From assembly GCA_039932335.1 (NCBI GenBank), contig JBDTQH010000024.1, forward strand, positions 5,959-69,958: a stretch of DNA of 64,000 nucleotides. The letters are read 5' to 3'. The DNA comes from Chloroflexota bacterium. Lineage in GTDB: Bacteria > Chloroflexota > Chloroflexia > QHBQ01 > JADMIH01. The notes under the pieces are model-generated. The model searched no databases. It was not told where the DNA came from and was given only the letters and a program-made list of their open reading frames with translations. Positions 19,370 through 28,640 of this stretch are shown here, piece by piece (the first letter of the stretch is position 1; each line of letters opens with the position of its first letter). A program made the position numbers and the translations under genes.

Positions 19370-20179
19370 ATGTCGAAGCGTTTGTTTGCAAATGTTGGCC
19401 TGTTACTTTGCGGCATAGTCCTGGGAGGCGTTTTGCAGCCCTTCCGTATCCTGCCCACAGAAGCTCAGGGTGGCTGTCGGGCCTTCCCTGAAACAGGCAA
19501 ATCCGCTTGTGGGCGGTTCCTCGATTATTGGACTACACATGGCGGGCTAGCGCAGCAGGGCTATCCTATCTCTAACGAGTTCCAGGAAGTAAGTGAACTT
19601 AACGGGCAAACCTACACCGTGCAGTATTTTGAACGATCCGTCTTTGAGAAGCACCCCGAGAACGCGGCTCCCAACGACGTGCTTCTATCGCAGCTTGGCA
19701 CGTTCCAGTTCAAGCGCAAGTACCCGGGAGGCGATCCGTCCGGCGGGAGCGTGCCCGCACCTCCTGCGGCAACCCCGCCACAGCAGGGAGGGATAGTTGG
19801 GCAGGTCATCACGGTTCCGGATATTGGACGTAAGACTAATTTCAGGTTGGAAGTAGTGGATGCTAAGGAGACAACAAAGATCCCTGCGACTGGCTTCTGG
19901 AAGGAGGCAACCGCTACAGGTAAGTTCGTAGCTGTAAAGTTCAGGGCTACAAATATCGGCACCGAACCCGGCACTCCAACAGGCTACTATATTCGCTTGA
20001 AAGATAGCAAGGGTCGCACGTTTGATACTACTAGCGATATAAATGCATCGCTGGTAGGTGCTGAGTATTATGGGGGTAAGCCCTTGGGTACCACCGTGCA
20101 ACCCGGTCTTACTGAAACTTTAGTGTTTGTGTATGATGTAGCACCAGACGCTGCTGGTTACCTTTTGATCAGCAGATAA
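19370..20179 (+). CDS. Secreted protein: signal peptide + one LGFP-like repeat + Pro/Gly linker + DUF4352-like Ig-fold domain
   Basis: AAGGAG RBS 9 nt before the ATG at 19370. The repeat GRFLDYWTTHGGLAQQGYPISNEFQEVSELNGQTYTVQYFERSVFEKH parallels the two repeats in the 60819..63260 product. Confidence 0.5.
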   Translation: MSKRLFANVGLLLCGIVLGGVLQPFRILPTEAQGGCRAFPETGKSACGRFLDYWTTHGGLAQQGYPISNEFQEVSELNGQTYTVQYFERSVFEKHPENAAPNDVLLSQLGTFQFKRKYPGGDPSGGSVPAPPAATPPQQGGIVGQVITVPDIGRKTNFRLEVVDAKETTKIPATGFWKEATATGKFVAVKFRATNIGTEPGTPTGYYIRLKDSKGRTFDTTSDINASLVGAEYYGGKPLGTTVQPGLTETLVFVYDVAPDAAGYLLISR

Positions 20180-20299
20180 GCCAAGGAGACACCAACGGGG
20201 CAATGGTCCATACTGCCTTTGTCCCGTTGTTCTAGCTCGTCTGCATGACAATCGTCCTTTACAACTTACAATTCAACCATACCTAACAGGAGATTCTAT

Positions 20300-20947
20300 A
20301 TGCATAAGCGTCTTGCCATATTTCCCTTACTTCTTGTGCTGCTTGCCGCAGGCTGTGGCGATTCACCTGCCACCCCAACGACCGTAACTGCCAACACGCC
20401 GACTTCTCTCTCAGCAACGGCGCTTGTGGATGACAAAACTCCTACAAACGATAACACTTCACCGAACCCTGTCCCTACTAACACAGAGTCGCCCTCTACA
20501 CCTACTATCGCTCCTGCACCACCTCCCACTGAAACGTCTGTGGGCCAGCCTACGAGCTTAAGCGATAGTGCCTTGATCGAACTGCTCAAATTAGCTGGTT
20601 TGCCCATTGGTGAGACAGTGGTATACACAGCCGAGACCGACCCGAACAAGTTACTTGGTAGGCCCAACCAGTACATTGCAAAGGCGAGTTGGCATGATAC
20701 CCGCCTGGGCGCTCCCGCGAATCCGACGGAGCCCGAAGTGAGCGACGGTGGTGGCCTGGAGATCTATATCGATGCTGACGGTGCAAAGTCTCGCATGGAT
20801 TATATTCAAGAGTTGGGCAAGAAGCTACCTCTGGCGGTGGAATATGATTATGTAAATGGTCCCATCTTGCTGAGATTGAGCAAAGAGTTGACTCCTGCGC
20901 AGGCGAAGGAATATGAGCAGATATTCATAGTTATTCCGATGCAATAA
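20300..20947 (+). CDS. Lipoprotein of unknown function with a Thr/Pro-rich linker
   Basis: AGGAG RBS. Lipobox LLAAGC|G. Low-complexity PT-rich spacer followed by a ~130-aa C-terminal domain. Confidence 0.5.
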   Translation: MHKRLAIFPLLLVLLAAGCGDSPATPTTVTANTPTSLSATALVDDKTPTNDNTSPNPVPTNTESPSTPTIAPAPPPTETSVGQPTSLSDSALIELLKLAGLPIGETVVYTAETDPNKLLGRPNQYIAKASWHDTRLGAPANPTEPEVSDGGGLEIYIDADGAKSRMDYIQELGKKLPLAVEYDYVNGPILLRLSKELTPAQAKEYEQIFIVIPMQ

Positions 20948-21092
20948 GGCAGATGCTTTGGCTCGCCTACTCGCCCCTGACCACCTATGACCGGCTACTG
21001 CTGGTAATGGTTAACTACGAATACACCAACGGACTTCCACCTACCACACGGAACCCACGCATATACATCTGACTCCTGACACCCCACCTGCT

Positions 21093-22172
21093 GTGGTACA
21101 ATTAAAGGTGATGACTGCCCAGCACAGCGCCGAGCAAAAGCCTCGCATTCTGCATGCCCCCACCAATATTGCTGGCATTGCGGGCCTGCTGGCGCGCGCT
21201 CAACGCGACCTGGGGTACGACTCGATATCGGTGCAGTACATAGCCAACCGCTACGCCTTCGACACCGACCGCACCCTCAACCTGGAGCGTGGCGACAACC
21301 CCATCAGGAAGGCAGCCACAGTGGGCAGCTTTGCCCTCAGCGCGATCCGCCACTACGACGTCTTCCACCTCTATTTCGGCAACACCCTCTTCCCATATCC
21401 CTACCCCGACCTTCCCCTTCTTCGCGCCCTCGGCAAGCGAATCGTCTTCCACTTCTGCGGCTGTGAGGTTCGCAACCGCGCCGTCACACTGGAGAAATAC
21501 GCGGTCAGCGGGTGCAGCGAGTGTGTATCGCTGGTCTGCCTCGGCAAGCGCCACCCCGATCCGGCCAGGGCGGATGTTGCGCTCGTCTCCACCCCCGACC
21601 TGCTCGAGTTCGTGCCCGGCGCGATTCTCATGCCCGGCCCGGTCGATTTGCAAAAGTGGACGCCGCGCCCTCCACGCACCGTGCCCATCTCCCACGACGA
21701 CCCCATCCGTATCCTCCACGCACCGTCTGACCGCGAGATAAAAGGCACTCGCCACCTGCTCGATGCAATCGAGAGGCTCAAGGCAGCGGGCTATCCCGTT
21801 GAGCTAATGATGCTTGAAGGCGTGCCCCACGACCAGGTGGCCGAGTTCTGCGGCAACGCCGACATAGCGGTAGACCAGTTGATGATTGGCGCATACGGCA
21901 CAGTCTCCATCGAGATGATGGCAAAAGGCGTTCCCGTGGTCTGCCGCATTCGCGACGACCTCCGCAGGCACTATCCCGCCGACCTCCCCATAGTGAGCGC
22001 AGGCCCCGACGACATCTATACTGTGCTCGAAGACCTCATCCAGCGCCCGGCAGCCTGGCCCGATCTGGGCAGCCGTGGCGTAGACTACGTGCGCCGCGAG
22101 CACGAGATGCACGCCGTCGCCGCACGAACCCTCGCCCTCTATTCCGGCTCTCCCCAACCCGCAGCGGCCTAA
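21093..22172 (+). CDS. Putative GT-B fold glycosyltransferase-like protein with a Cys cluster
   Basis: ILHAPTNIAG...ILHAPSDREIKGTRHL duplicated Rossmann-like half-domain pattern. FCGCEV...SGCSECVSLVC Cys cluster. The start may be the ATG at 21111. Confidence 0.45.
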   Translation: MVQLKVMTAQHSAEQKPRILHAPTNIAGIAGLLARAQRDLGYDSISVQYIANRYAFDTDRTLNLERGDNPIRKAATVGSFALSAIRHYDVFHLYFGNTLFPYPYPDLPLLRALGKRIVFHFCGCEVRNRAVTLEKYAVSGCSECVSLVCLGKRHPDPARADVALVSTPDLLEFVPGAILMPGPVDLQKWTPRPPRTVPISHDDPIRILHAPSDREIKGTRHLLDAIERLKAAGYPVELMMLEGVPHDQVAEFCGNADIAVDQLMIGAYGTVSIEMMAKGVPVVCRIRDDLRRHYPADLPIVSAGPDDIYTVLEDLIQRPAAWPDLGSRGVDYVRREHEMHAVAARTLALYSGSPQPAAA

Positions 22173-22346
22173 CCCGCACATACGTATGATGCACGCGGCA
22201 TCTGTATGTTCCAGCATAAGATGTGACAGACAGTATTTTGACCTATCAGGCAACGTCAGATCAAATAAGAGCTAGCTGACACGCCTGGGCACATTGTGGT
22301 AGGCTCGCCGCAAGTCTTACACATATATGAAGGCACACATAGCCTG

Positions 22347-22730
22347 CTACTGCTCCACGATCTTCCAGAAGGAGTCCTTTCTCACGATCTCGCCGCCGCT
22401 AAACTCCCACAGGTCGCACCCACGCACATTCACACGAACTCCTTCGGTGGTCGTTCCCGTGATCGTCCACTCCGAGACGCCTCTGTTGCCGCACACCCAG
22501 TGGCTATCGTCCCCATAATGAACATCGGGGATACCTGTAAAACGGGCGGCGAGACCCTCGCGCACGCGCTCTTTGCCCACGAATCTATTGCCCCACGGGT
22601 CGCGTCCTCGGGGCGACTCAAACACAGCGTCTTCCGCGAAGAACGCCATGATGGCGTCCAGGTCGTGACGGTTGAATGCATCGAGTACCTGTTGCATAAC
22701 CTCTACCGATACCGAGTTGTCAGCGTTCAT
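22347..22730 (-). CDS. SnoaL-like/NTF2-fold (ketosteroid-isomerase-like) protein
   Basis: VMQQVLDAFNRHDLDAIMAFFAEDAVFE...WEF.GGEIVRKDSFWK is typical of SnoaL_2. The start is likely MNADNS at 22730. Confidence 0.55.
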   Translation of the reverse strand: MNADNSVSVEVMQQVLDAFNRHDLDAIMAFFAEDAVFESPRGRDPWGNRFVGKERVREGLAARFTGIPDVHYGDDSHWVCGNRGVSEWTITGTTTEGVRVNVRGCDLWEFSGGEIVRKDSFWKIVEQ

Positions 22731-23116
22731 GTTCGACTCGAACCTCCTTGCTCCGTTTGGAACCACTCTTGCCTCTCTCTATCATCAGATCCGGTGCGCT
22801 GCCCCCATCTTCTTTCCCTAACGTGCTCAACGGAGCCTTGACACGTGCGGCGGAAGGCGGGTCATGCAGATGAAGCCACTTTCCCCTCTTATGACTTATG
22901 ATGGCGATCCTGCAGGGTTATGGTTATTGGCCATTATATCAGGTTAGTGTTGAGAAGCAGGCGGGCTTGAAATAGAAATCGGGAATGAGCCAGGTCGGAG
23001 CGTACATGTTCACGCAGACGCTTATTCACGCGCGTATCTTCATCGTCTGGTTGGCAATGGCCTTTGGCTGGCTGCTCGTTACGGTAGACGTGCCCACAGT
23101 GCTACCGGCGATAAAC

Positions 23117-23153
23117 AAAAGGACGAAGGTGGTTAGCCTTCGTCCTTTTTTAT
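23117..23153. terminator. Bidirectional Rho-independent terminator
   Basis: Perfect 13-bp stem AAAAGGACGAAGG/CCTTCGTCCTTTT with loop TGGTTAG, flanked by A-run and T-run. It sits 23 nt downstream of the minus-strand sigma-operon stop. Confidence 0.7.
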
Positions 23154-23175
23154 ACCCTATTGTGTCTGCTGTCTC

Positions 23176-24444
23176 TTACTCGTCGCGGGGCAGGATTGGT
23201 GGAGGTCCAAGGGGTATTGTATTAGTTCGTTCCGCCCCAACTCCCACCGGTAGCTGCGCTCCTGGACCGGGGTGCGAATGGACCAGCGAGGAGCCGTAGT
23301 GGCTGTGTGCCACCGTCGGGTAAACAATTTTGTGGCTGTGCCTGTGCTTGGGCGGGGCCAGTGTGCCGAGGCGGCTCAGGATCGTCGCACCGATGCCGAT
23401 GCAGGCAATAGTGTACACCAGCAAGAACATCAACAACGAGACCCAGGCGGGCAGGAACAGCACCGGCATTAGTGTCGAGGCCAGCACGATAGCTACACCC
23501 AGCAGCACCTCAATGATCAGCAGGGGTGCCTGGTGAGGTAGTCCGTTCGAGCCGTTCTGCCGGGTTGTCTCGTGCAGGTGGTTGCCCAGCCAGTGGCACA
23601 CCACAACAAAGCCGAGTAAGAATGCTCCCAGCAGCACCACAGCCAGCACAGGCAGCAGCACTATACCGATAACACTGATCGCGAGCACCGCAGCCACAAC
23701 TCCAGCCACAGGCAGTATGAGGAAAGCGGTAATGATACCCATGACGATGGACGGGCCGGGCTCGGCCTGGAGTGTCGCGCTCGCGATACGTACCCTGTTC
23801 GGTATCACCGCGGCCATCCCCACCGACACCAGTAGTATTAGCACGCTCAGCAGACCTATAGTGAACAGCCCTGTAATCCTGCCGAATGGGCTGTTATAGA
23901 ACGCGGAGCTTGAAATGCCGCCTGAGTGGTCGCCCGGCTGCACAAGGTTCTGTATCGCGTCGGCGGGATTCTGCATCGTGTTGATGCTTCCGTTCACCAC
24001 AGCACCACTGTCCTGGGTTACCTTGCCGCCCAATGCCGTTACGCTGCCATTGACGACGCTGCCCTCGGAAAGTACAACCTCGCCCGAGGCGACTACGTTG
24101 CCCCCGACGGAACTCTTCGGGAAGAGCGTCACCCCACCGCCCGTAAGCACGGCCACATCACCCAGCACCTTGCCGTAGACGAAAGCCTTGCCGTTCACGA
24201 CTGTGGCTTTGCCATCGACAGTGCCATATATGGTCAGATTGCCGTTGGTGACGCTTACATCGCCCTGGACTGTGTCGCTTTCCTGAACCGTCAGGTCATG
24301 GTCGAATGCCACCCATTCCGGGTCGTCCTGCGCCGAGACGTGCATGGGGTTAACCAGCACCACGCCCAACGCAAGCGTGAGGACGGCCAGCAGCATTATT
24401 CCTATTCTGATTGTTCTCTCTATCCGGTTCACAGCGAATCCCAT
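23176..24444 (-). CDS. Polytopic membrane protein with an extracytoplasmic bactofilin-like (polymer-forming cytoskeletal, DUF583-type) repeat domain and a His-rich C-terminal tail
   Basis: N-terminal TM, then ~130 aa of G-x-V-x-G-x-V repeats (VTNGNLTIYGTVDGKATVVNGKAFVYGKVLGDVAVLTGGGV...). Then ~6 TM helices. Tail KHRHSHK...HSHYGSSLVHSH. Confidence 0.55.
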   Translation of the reverse strand: MGFAVNRIERTIRIGIMLLAVLTLALGVVLVNPMHVSAQDDPEWVAFDHDLTVQESDTVQGDVSVTNGNLTIYGTVDGKATVVNGKAFVYGKVLGDVAVLTGGGVTLFPKSSVGGNVVASGEVVLSEGSVVNGSVTALGGKVTQDSGAVVNGSINTMQNPADAIQNLVQPGDHSGGISSSAFYNSPFGRITGLFTIGLLSVLILLVSVGMAAVIPNRVRIASATLQAEPGPSIVMGIITAFLILPVAGVVAAVLAISVIGIVLLPVLAVVLLGAFLLGFVVVCHWLGNHLHETTRQNGSNGLPHQAPLLIIEVLLGVAIVLASTLMPVLFLPAWVSLLMFLLVYTIACIGIGATILSRLGTLAPPKHRHSHKIVYPTVAHSHYGSSLVHSHPGPGAQLPVGVGAERTNTIPLGPPPILPRDE

Positions 24445-24489
24445 TCTTTCAAGATGCAGGTGTTCAAAGCCACTATTAGATGTCCAACC

Positions 24490-25185
24490 TTATGCAAGCG
24501 CCTCAAGTACGCCTGTGCTGCCTCTGTTCTCCATGGCGGTCCGGTGATAGCCGTTGACTACCTGCCAACCTACTAGAAGCAATATGCCTACCAGCAGCAC
24601 ACCGATAGCCGCAAGCCCAGGACCAAAGCCCACAAACAACGACCTTATCCATGTGTCAATTGCCTGGAAGAAGGTGCGTACCGTTCCTACGGCGTCTGCT
24701 GCCGGGCCGCTCAATTTGATTGTGCCCGACAACATCAGCGCGAGAAGCAATCCTACAGTGCCTGCAATAGAAAGCCCGACCGCCGCCATGCCGCGCAGAT
24801 ATTGCGCGGTGCGCTTCTGCCACTCTGCGTATCCCGCGAGGTAGGCTGTGGGCAATTCGCCAAGCCTCCTGGTCAGCGATGGCGTTACCATCACGACATT
24901 AGGGGCCGTGGCCGGTACGTAAACAGGGCCCGGCGCAAGAACCGCGGCGGGCGCGGAAACCGCTATCCGCACCATCACCTTCGCATGGAAGTCTGATGGA
25001 ACAGGCAGTGGTTCCAGCGCCGAGGCGCACAGTATTTCGTTCATTTGCTGCATCGCCGCCCACAACGGGCCGCAATCGGCGCAACTCTTAAGGTGCTCGT
25101 CAAGGCGGGTCTCTTCTTGCGAATCAAGCAGAGCATCCAGCTTCAACGACATTAGCTCGTCATATTCAGTGTCACACGCCATCAC
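24490..25185 (-). CDS. Anti-sigma factor (zf-HC2 type), membrane-spanning
   Basis: N-terminal H-x3-C-x2-C (EHLKSCADCG) after a conserved MxCxxxxE start. Two to three TM segments follow. Confidence 0.65.
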   Translation of the reverse strand: MMACDTEYDELMSLKLDALLDSQEETRLDEHLKSCADCGPLWAAMQQMNEILCASALEPLPVPSDFHAKVMVRIAVSAPAAVLAPGPVYVPATAPNVVMVTPSLTRRLGELPTAYLAGYAEWQKRTAQYLRGMAAVGLSIAGTVGLLLALMLSGTIKLSGPAADAVGTVRTFFQAIDTWIRSLFVGFGPGLAAIGVLLVGILLLVGWQVVNGYHRTAMENRGSTGVLEALA

Positions 25186-25201
25186 AATGCACCTCCTTTC
25201 T

Positions 25202-25831
25202 TTATTTCTCCAGTGTCCTGCCGCCCGCTTCGCCCGCAGCTACAAACTGCTCGGCAAGCATGCGTCGCGCCCTGTGCAGCTGCGTCTTCACAGCGCTTTC
25301 GGTCAGCCCGGTCATCCTGGCTATCTCGTCATAAGATAGATCATTATAATATCTCAGCACGGTGACTGAGCGGTATTTCTCAGGCAAAGTGTTGAGTAGT
25401 TTCTTCACAATATCGCGTTGTTCGCCCTGAAGCGCGATTTCATCAGGCTGCGGCTCATTGCTCTCAATATAGAGGGCAACGTCATCCAGGGGTGCGCTCG
25501 GCTTGCGGCGGCGCAGCATATCTATAGCATGGTGCGACGCGATTGAGAGCAACCAGGTCGAGAACCTGCGATCCTGCTGGAAGGTGTGAAGCTGATTCCA
25601 GGCGCGCACGAACACTTCCTGTGCGGCATCTTCAGCTTCGGTGGGGTCGCCCAGCATGCGGTAAGCCATGTTGTAGACCGCAGTCTGGTAGCGGTTTACG
25701 AGATCACCAAAGGCAGCCTGGTCACCACGAAGAGCCGCCTGCACCGATAAACGGTCTTGCTCGGCGGAAGTGAGCGCTAAGGGTTGAGAACTGAGAGCCG
25801 AGTGGGTGTTTTCTGCACTGTCACTCGTCAT
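25202..25831 (-). CDS. ECF (sigma-70 group IV) RNA polymerase sigma factor
   Basis: Region 2 (FGDLVNRYQTAVYNMAYRMLGDPTEAEDAAQEVFVRAW) and region 4 HTH (LSYDEIARMTGLTESAVKTQLHRARR). The ORF is open to 26062. The ATG at 25831 gives a canonical ~210-aa ECF; the longer form would add a 77-aa N-extension. Confidence 0.75.
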   Translation of the reverse strand: MTSDSAENTHSALSSQPLALTSAEQDRLSVQAALRGDQAAFGDLVNRYQTAVYNMAYRMLGDPTEAEDAAQEVFVRAWNQLHTFQQDRRFSTWLLSIASHHAIDMLRRRKPSAPLDDVALYIESNEPQPDEIALQGEQRDIVKKLLNTLPEKYRSVTVLRYYNDLSYDEIARMTGLTESAVKTQLHRARRMLAEQFVAAGEAGGRTLEK

Positions 25832-26190
25832 GACCGCTGTCTTCTCCTCGACTCGCTGCCCGGTAGCTGCTCTGCCTGTCCCGGCCAGTAGCCCGTTCCG
25901 CCTGGTCGCGGTCTTACCGGTTGCCGAAGGCATGGCCACAGTGGCTTCTCGCGCAGCCCGCGATCTCAGCCCAGCCAGTCCATCCATTACCATGTCTTGA
26001 AGAGAAACCGAAAGATTTGGAAAAACTGCCCCTGCGTTTGCGTTCATCAACATCTCCCTCATGTAAACCTATATACGCGAGGGCAGTCGCGAAGGTTGCA
26101 TGAGAATGTCGGATGAATTTGTTTGCCTGCTGCTTGCTTCTTACGTTAGTCGGGCGAGGGCGCTAAATGGCTACTCCTCTGTGCGTGATG

Positions 26191-26571
26191 CTACGATGTG
26201 GCCTTCACAGTGTCGTCGGCTGTCTGGACGCCCGTATCTTCAGCGCTGTCTTCTGCTTCGATAGCTTGCAGATGTGCCTGGGCCACCTCAACCTCAGGCT
26301 CATGTGTAAGATCTATTACTTCGGCCTCGATTTCGGGTTCCAATGTGAGCTGCGATGCCTCTGCTTCTGCTTCAAGTCTCTTGTTCTGGCTGCGCAGGCG
26401 CTTTATCTCGCTTACAAGCGACGGCACGTCTTCGCGTGTCAGCTTCTCCACCTTGGTGAGCAAGACCCGCAGCTTGAGCAGCTCCGGTGGCAACTCGCGC
26501 CGCATATAGGGCGAGTTGATTATCTCTGTGCAACGTGCTTCTATCTCACTCAAGTTATTATGCATCGCCAT
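26191..26571 (-). CDS. Hypothetical coiled-coil, acidic protein
   Basis: AAGGAG RBS 11 nt upstream of the ATG at 26571. Heptad-like Leu/Glu/Lys/Arg-rich sequence. No family recognised. Confidence 0.35.
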   Translation of the reverse strand: MAMHNNLSEIEARCTEIINSPYMRRELPPELLKLRVLLTKVEKLTREDVPSLVSEIKRLRSQNKRLEAEAEASQLTLEPEIEAEVIDLTHEPEVEVAQAHLQAIEAEDSAEDTGVQTADDTVKATS

Positions 26572-26708
26572 GTTAGACTTACTCCTTCTTCCCATATGGC
26601 CAACTAAATAGCCACCAGTCATTACTACCAGTATAACAGGCGTGTGCCACCCCGCGATTTGAGCGTGGGAATCAACCCGTTTCTAAAAACAACCATTGGC
26701 CTGCACCG

Positions 26709-27074
26709 TCAGTTGTATGGCACATAGTCCTGAAACTCCCAATGGCCATATCTGCTGAGTTGTTCGGCAACAGCCGTCCAATCACTCCCATGTATCGAGT
26801 CACAAAGTTGTTGAATAGCACTCCATAGAATTGCATAATCGTATTTCTCAACAATCAGATAGAACCGTCCGAAAAGATACTTCTTCTCTTTGATCTCAGT
26901 TCCAAGCCAGGAAGCCGTACAGACCAAGAAATCGAAGGATTCTTCTCCTTCTGCGTCTCGTGGGCCAATTATAGCTTGCAATGAAAAGACAAAATTATTA
27001 GGGTCGCTTGGTGCCTGGTGTTGTAGGTCAATAATGTCTGGGCTGTGCAGTCTGCGCAACTGAGGACGGACCAT
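26709..27074 (-). CDS. Hypothetical small cytoplasmic protein (121 aa)
   Basis: ORF with plausible codon usage, upstream of and co-directional with 26191..26571. No family recognised. Confidence 0.3.
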   Translation of the reverse strand: MVRPQLRRLHSPDIIDLQHQAPSDPNNFVFSLQAIIGPRDAEGEESFDFLVCTASWLGTEIKEKKYLFGRFYLIVEKYDYAILWSAIQQLCDSIHGSDWTAVAEQLSRYGHWEFQDYVPYN

Positions 27075-27240
27075 ATTGTCTTTACCTCCATATCTTGATA
27101 CGGGATTGCCCTAACCTCACGGCTCGTTGATATATCGATGTATAGAAGTCGAGGGCAAGTTCCTGTGCATCATTCTAGACAAGAGCCGTGCTTTCGTCCA
27201 ATATGTCGGGATGCTCAACCAGCCACTATATAACTGACAA

Positions 27241-27268
27241 CTCGGTACTCGGTACTCGGTACTCGGTA
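27241..27268. repeat. Tandem heptamer array (CTCGGTA) x4
   Basis: Four perfect direct copies, immediately upstream of the -35 box of the VanZ promoter. Confidence 0.9.
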
Positions 27269-27285
27269 CTCCCCCACGCCTCCCC

Positions 27286-27314
27286 TTGACACCACCCACC
27301 CCCTTTGCTATGCT
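27286..27314 (+). promoter_or_regulatory. Sigma-70-type promoter (TTGACA-17 bp-TATGCT) for the VanZ-like gene
   Basis: Consensus -35 TTGACA at 27286-27291, 17-bp spacer, -10 TATGCT at 27309-27314, ~10 nt before the ATG at 27324 (short or leaderless 5' UTR). Confidence 0.5.
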
Positions 27315-27323
27315 CATCCCTGT

Positions 27324-27785
27324 ATGCTTGAACATGTGGAACCTGATAAACGTCAGACATCCTGGGGAGCAAAGAACCTTATTCTCGCCTGGGGTCCTGT
27401 GCTGGCCTTGATGGCGGCTATCTTCTATGTCTCCTCTCAGAACACCTGGACCGTCTTTGAAGGCCCTCCCTATGTTCTGCTGCTGCGCAAGGGAGGGCAC
27501 GTCTTTGAGTATGCCCTGCTTGCTCTACTGCTGGGCCGCGCCCTCCTCTCCACATGGACGTGGCGCGGCAACCCCGTAACCCGTCCCCTCTTGCTCCGAG
27601 CGTGGCGCGTTGGCGTGCTGATCTGCACTCTCTACGCCGCCAGCGACGAGTTCCACCAGTTGTTTGTGCCCCGCCGAGTCGGTTATGGCTGGGATGTGCT
27701 TGTCGATGCGCTTTCCGCCACAGCCGCCCTGGGTATATGGTATATTGTGCGCGTGCATCTCCTTAGACGCACGGCAAAAACCTGA
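27324..27785 (+). CDS. VanZ-like family membrane protein
   Basis: Four TM helices with the signature ...SDEFHQLFVPRR... in the last loop. Confidence 0.75.
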   Translation: MLEHVEPDKRQTSWGAKNLILAWGPVLALMAAIFYVSSQNTWTVFEGPPYVLLLRKGGHVFEYALLALLLGRALLSTWTWRGNPVTRPLLLRAWRVGVLICTLYAASDEFHQLFVPRRVGYGWDVLVDALSATAALGIWYIVRVHLLRRTAKT

Positions 27786-27799
27786 CCGCAGGAGAAACG

Positions 27800-28633
27800 T
27801 TGAGCAATAATCACTCTCATGGCAGCATCTCGGCTGACCCGCATTCCACACTGCCCCTTACATCTGTAATGCCTCCCCCGTCCAGGGTGATGGAGGAGAA
27901 TGAGCCTCTACTCGAAATCGGCATACTCACGATCGGCAAGCCAACTCTCGCGATGGCCCTCTCCTCTCTACTCTTGCAGGATGAGCAGCGCATTCGCATA
28001 CATATTGTCGATACCGCCCCAACACCCATCATTGACCTGATCGAAGTGCAATCCGTCCTGCGCCTCGCCGCCGACCGGGGCATTCGCTGCAGCTACGACC
28101 ACATACACGACGACAAGCGCGCGTTCAGCCTGGGCCGCCTTTCATTGCTGGAAACCCTGCAAGGTCCGAACGTCTGCTTCATGGACGACGATGTGGTGAT
28201 GCCCTCAGGCGCAATACCGCAGCTACTCGCCTTCATTCACGAGCACCCCGGCTATGGCTGGCTCGCCCCATTCTGCAAGAATGCGGGCACAATACGCACG
28301 GCCCTCGCTGGCAGACCTCACTACTCTCCCGGCGGTGTCTTCTACCAGGATAAATTGGTACGCAACATCCTGCTTGAATACTACGAGACCACAGTTGACG
28401 TGCTTGATAAGCAGCGCTCAAGCCATAAGGTCTGGGAGATCGCCTTTCTCACCGAACTCTTCCCTTTGCTGGGCCGCAGCGCCACTGTCCAATCAGAGAA
28501 CGTCATCTACCACCTCGACTACCACGAGCGTCCGAACTGGGACCTCTTGCAAGAAAGTCTGGTCATCACCAGCCGTAAGAAGGCGGAAGAGTTGATAAAG
28601 AAGTACAGCGGCGTGATGAAAGAGAAGGTGTGA
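27800..28633 (+). CDS. GT-A fold (GT2-like) glycosyltransferase
   Basis: LLEIGILTIGKPTLAMALSSLL...RIHIVDTAP (GT2 N-terminal strand/helix/DxD-like pattern) and CFMDDDVV (DxD). Confidence 0.55.
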   Translation: MSNNHSHGSISADPHSTLPLTSVMPPPSRVMEENEPLLEIGILTIGKPTLAMALSSLLLQDEQRIRIHIVDTAPTPIIDLIEVQSVLRLAADRGIRCSYDHIHDDKRAFSLGRLSLLETLQGPNVCFMDDDVVMPSGAIPQLLAFIHEHPGYGWLAPFCKNAGTIRTALAGRPHYSPGGVFYQDKLVRNILLEYYETTVDVLDKQRSSHKVWEIAFLTELFPLLGRSATVQSENVIYHLDYHERPNWDLLQESLVITSRKKAEELIKKYSGVMKEKV

Positions 28634-28640
28634 GGCGGGG

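Noticed and set aside
21102-24576. ORFs 21102..21755(-), 21289..21741(+), 23926..24576(+) and 23582..23899(+) overlapping the GT-like and bactofilin-membrane genes
   Set aside because: They overlap better-supported genes in another frame or strand. The sequences are Ala/Pro/Ser/Thr- or His-rich low complexity.
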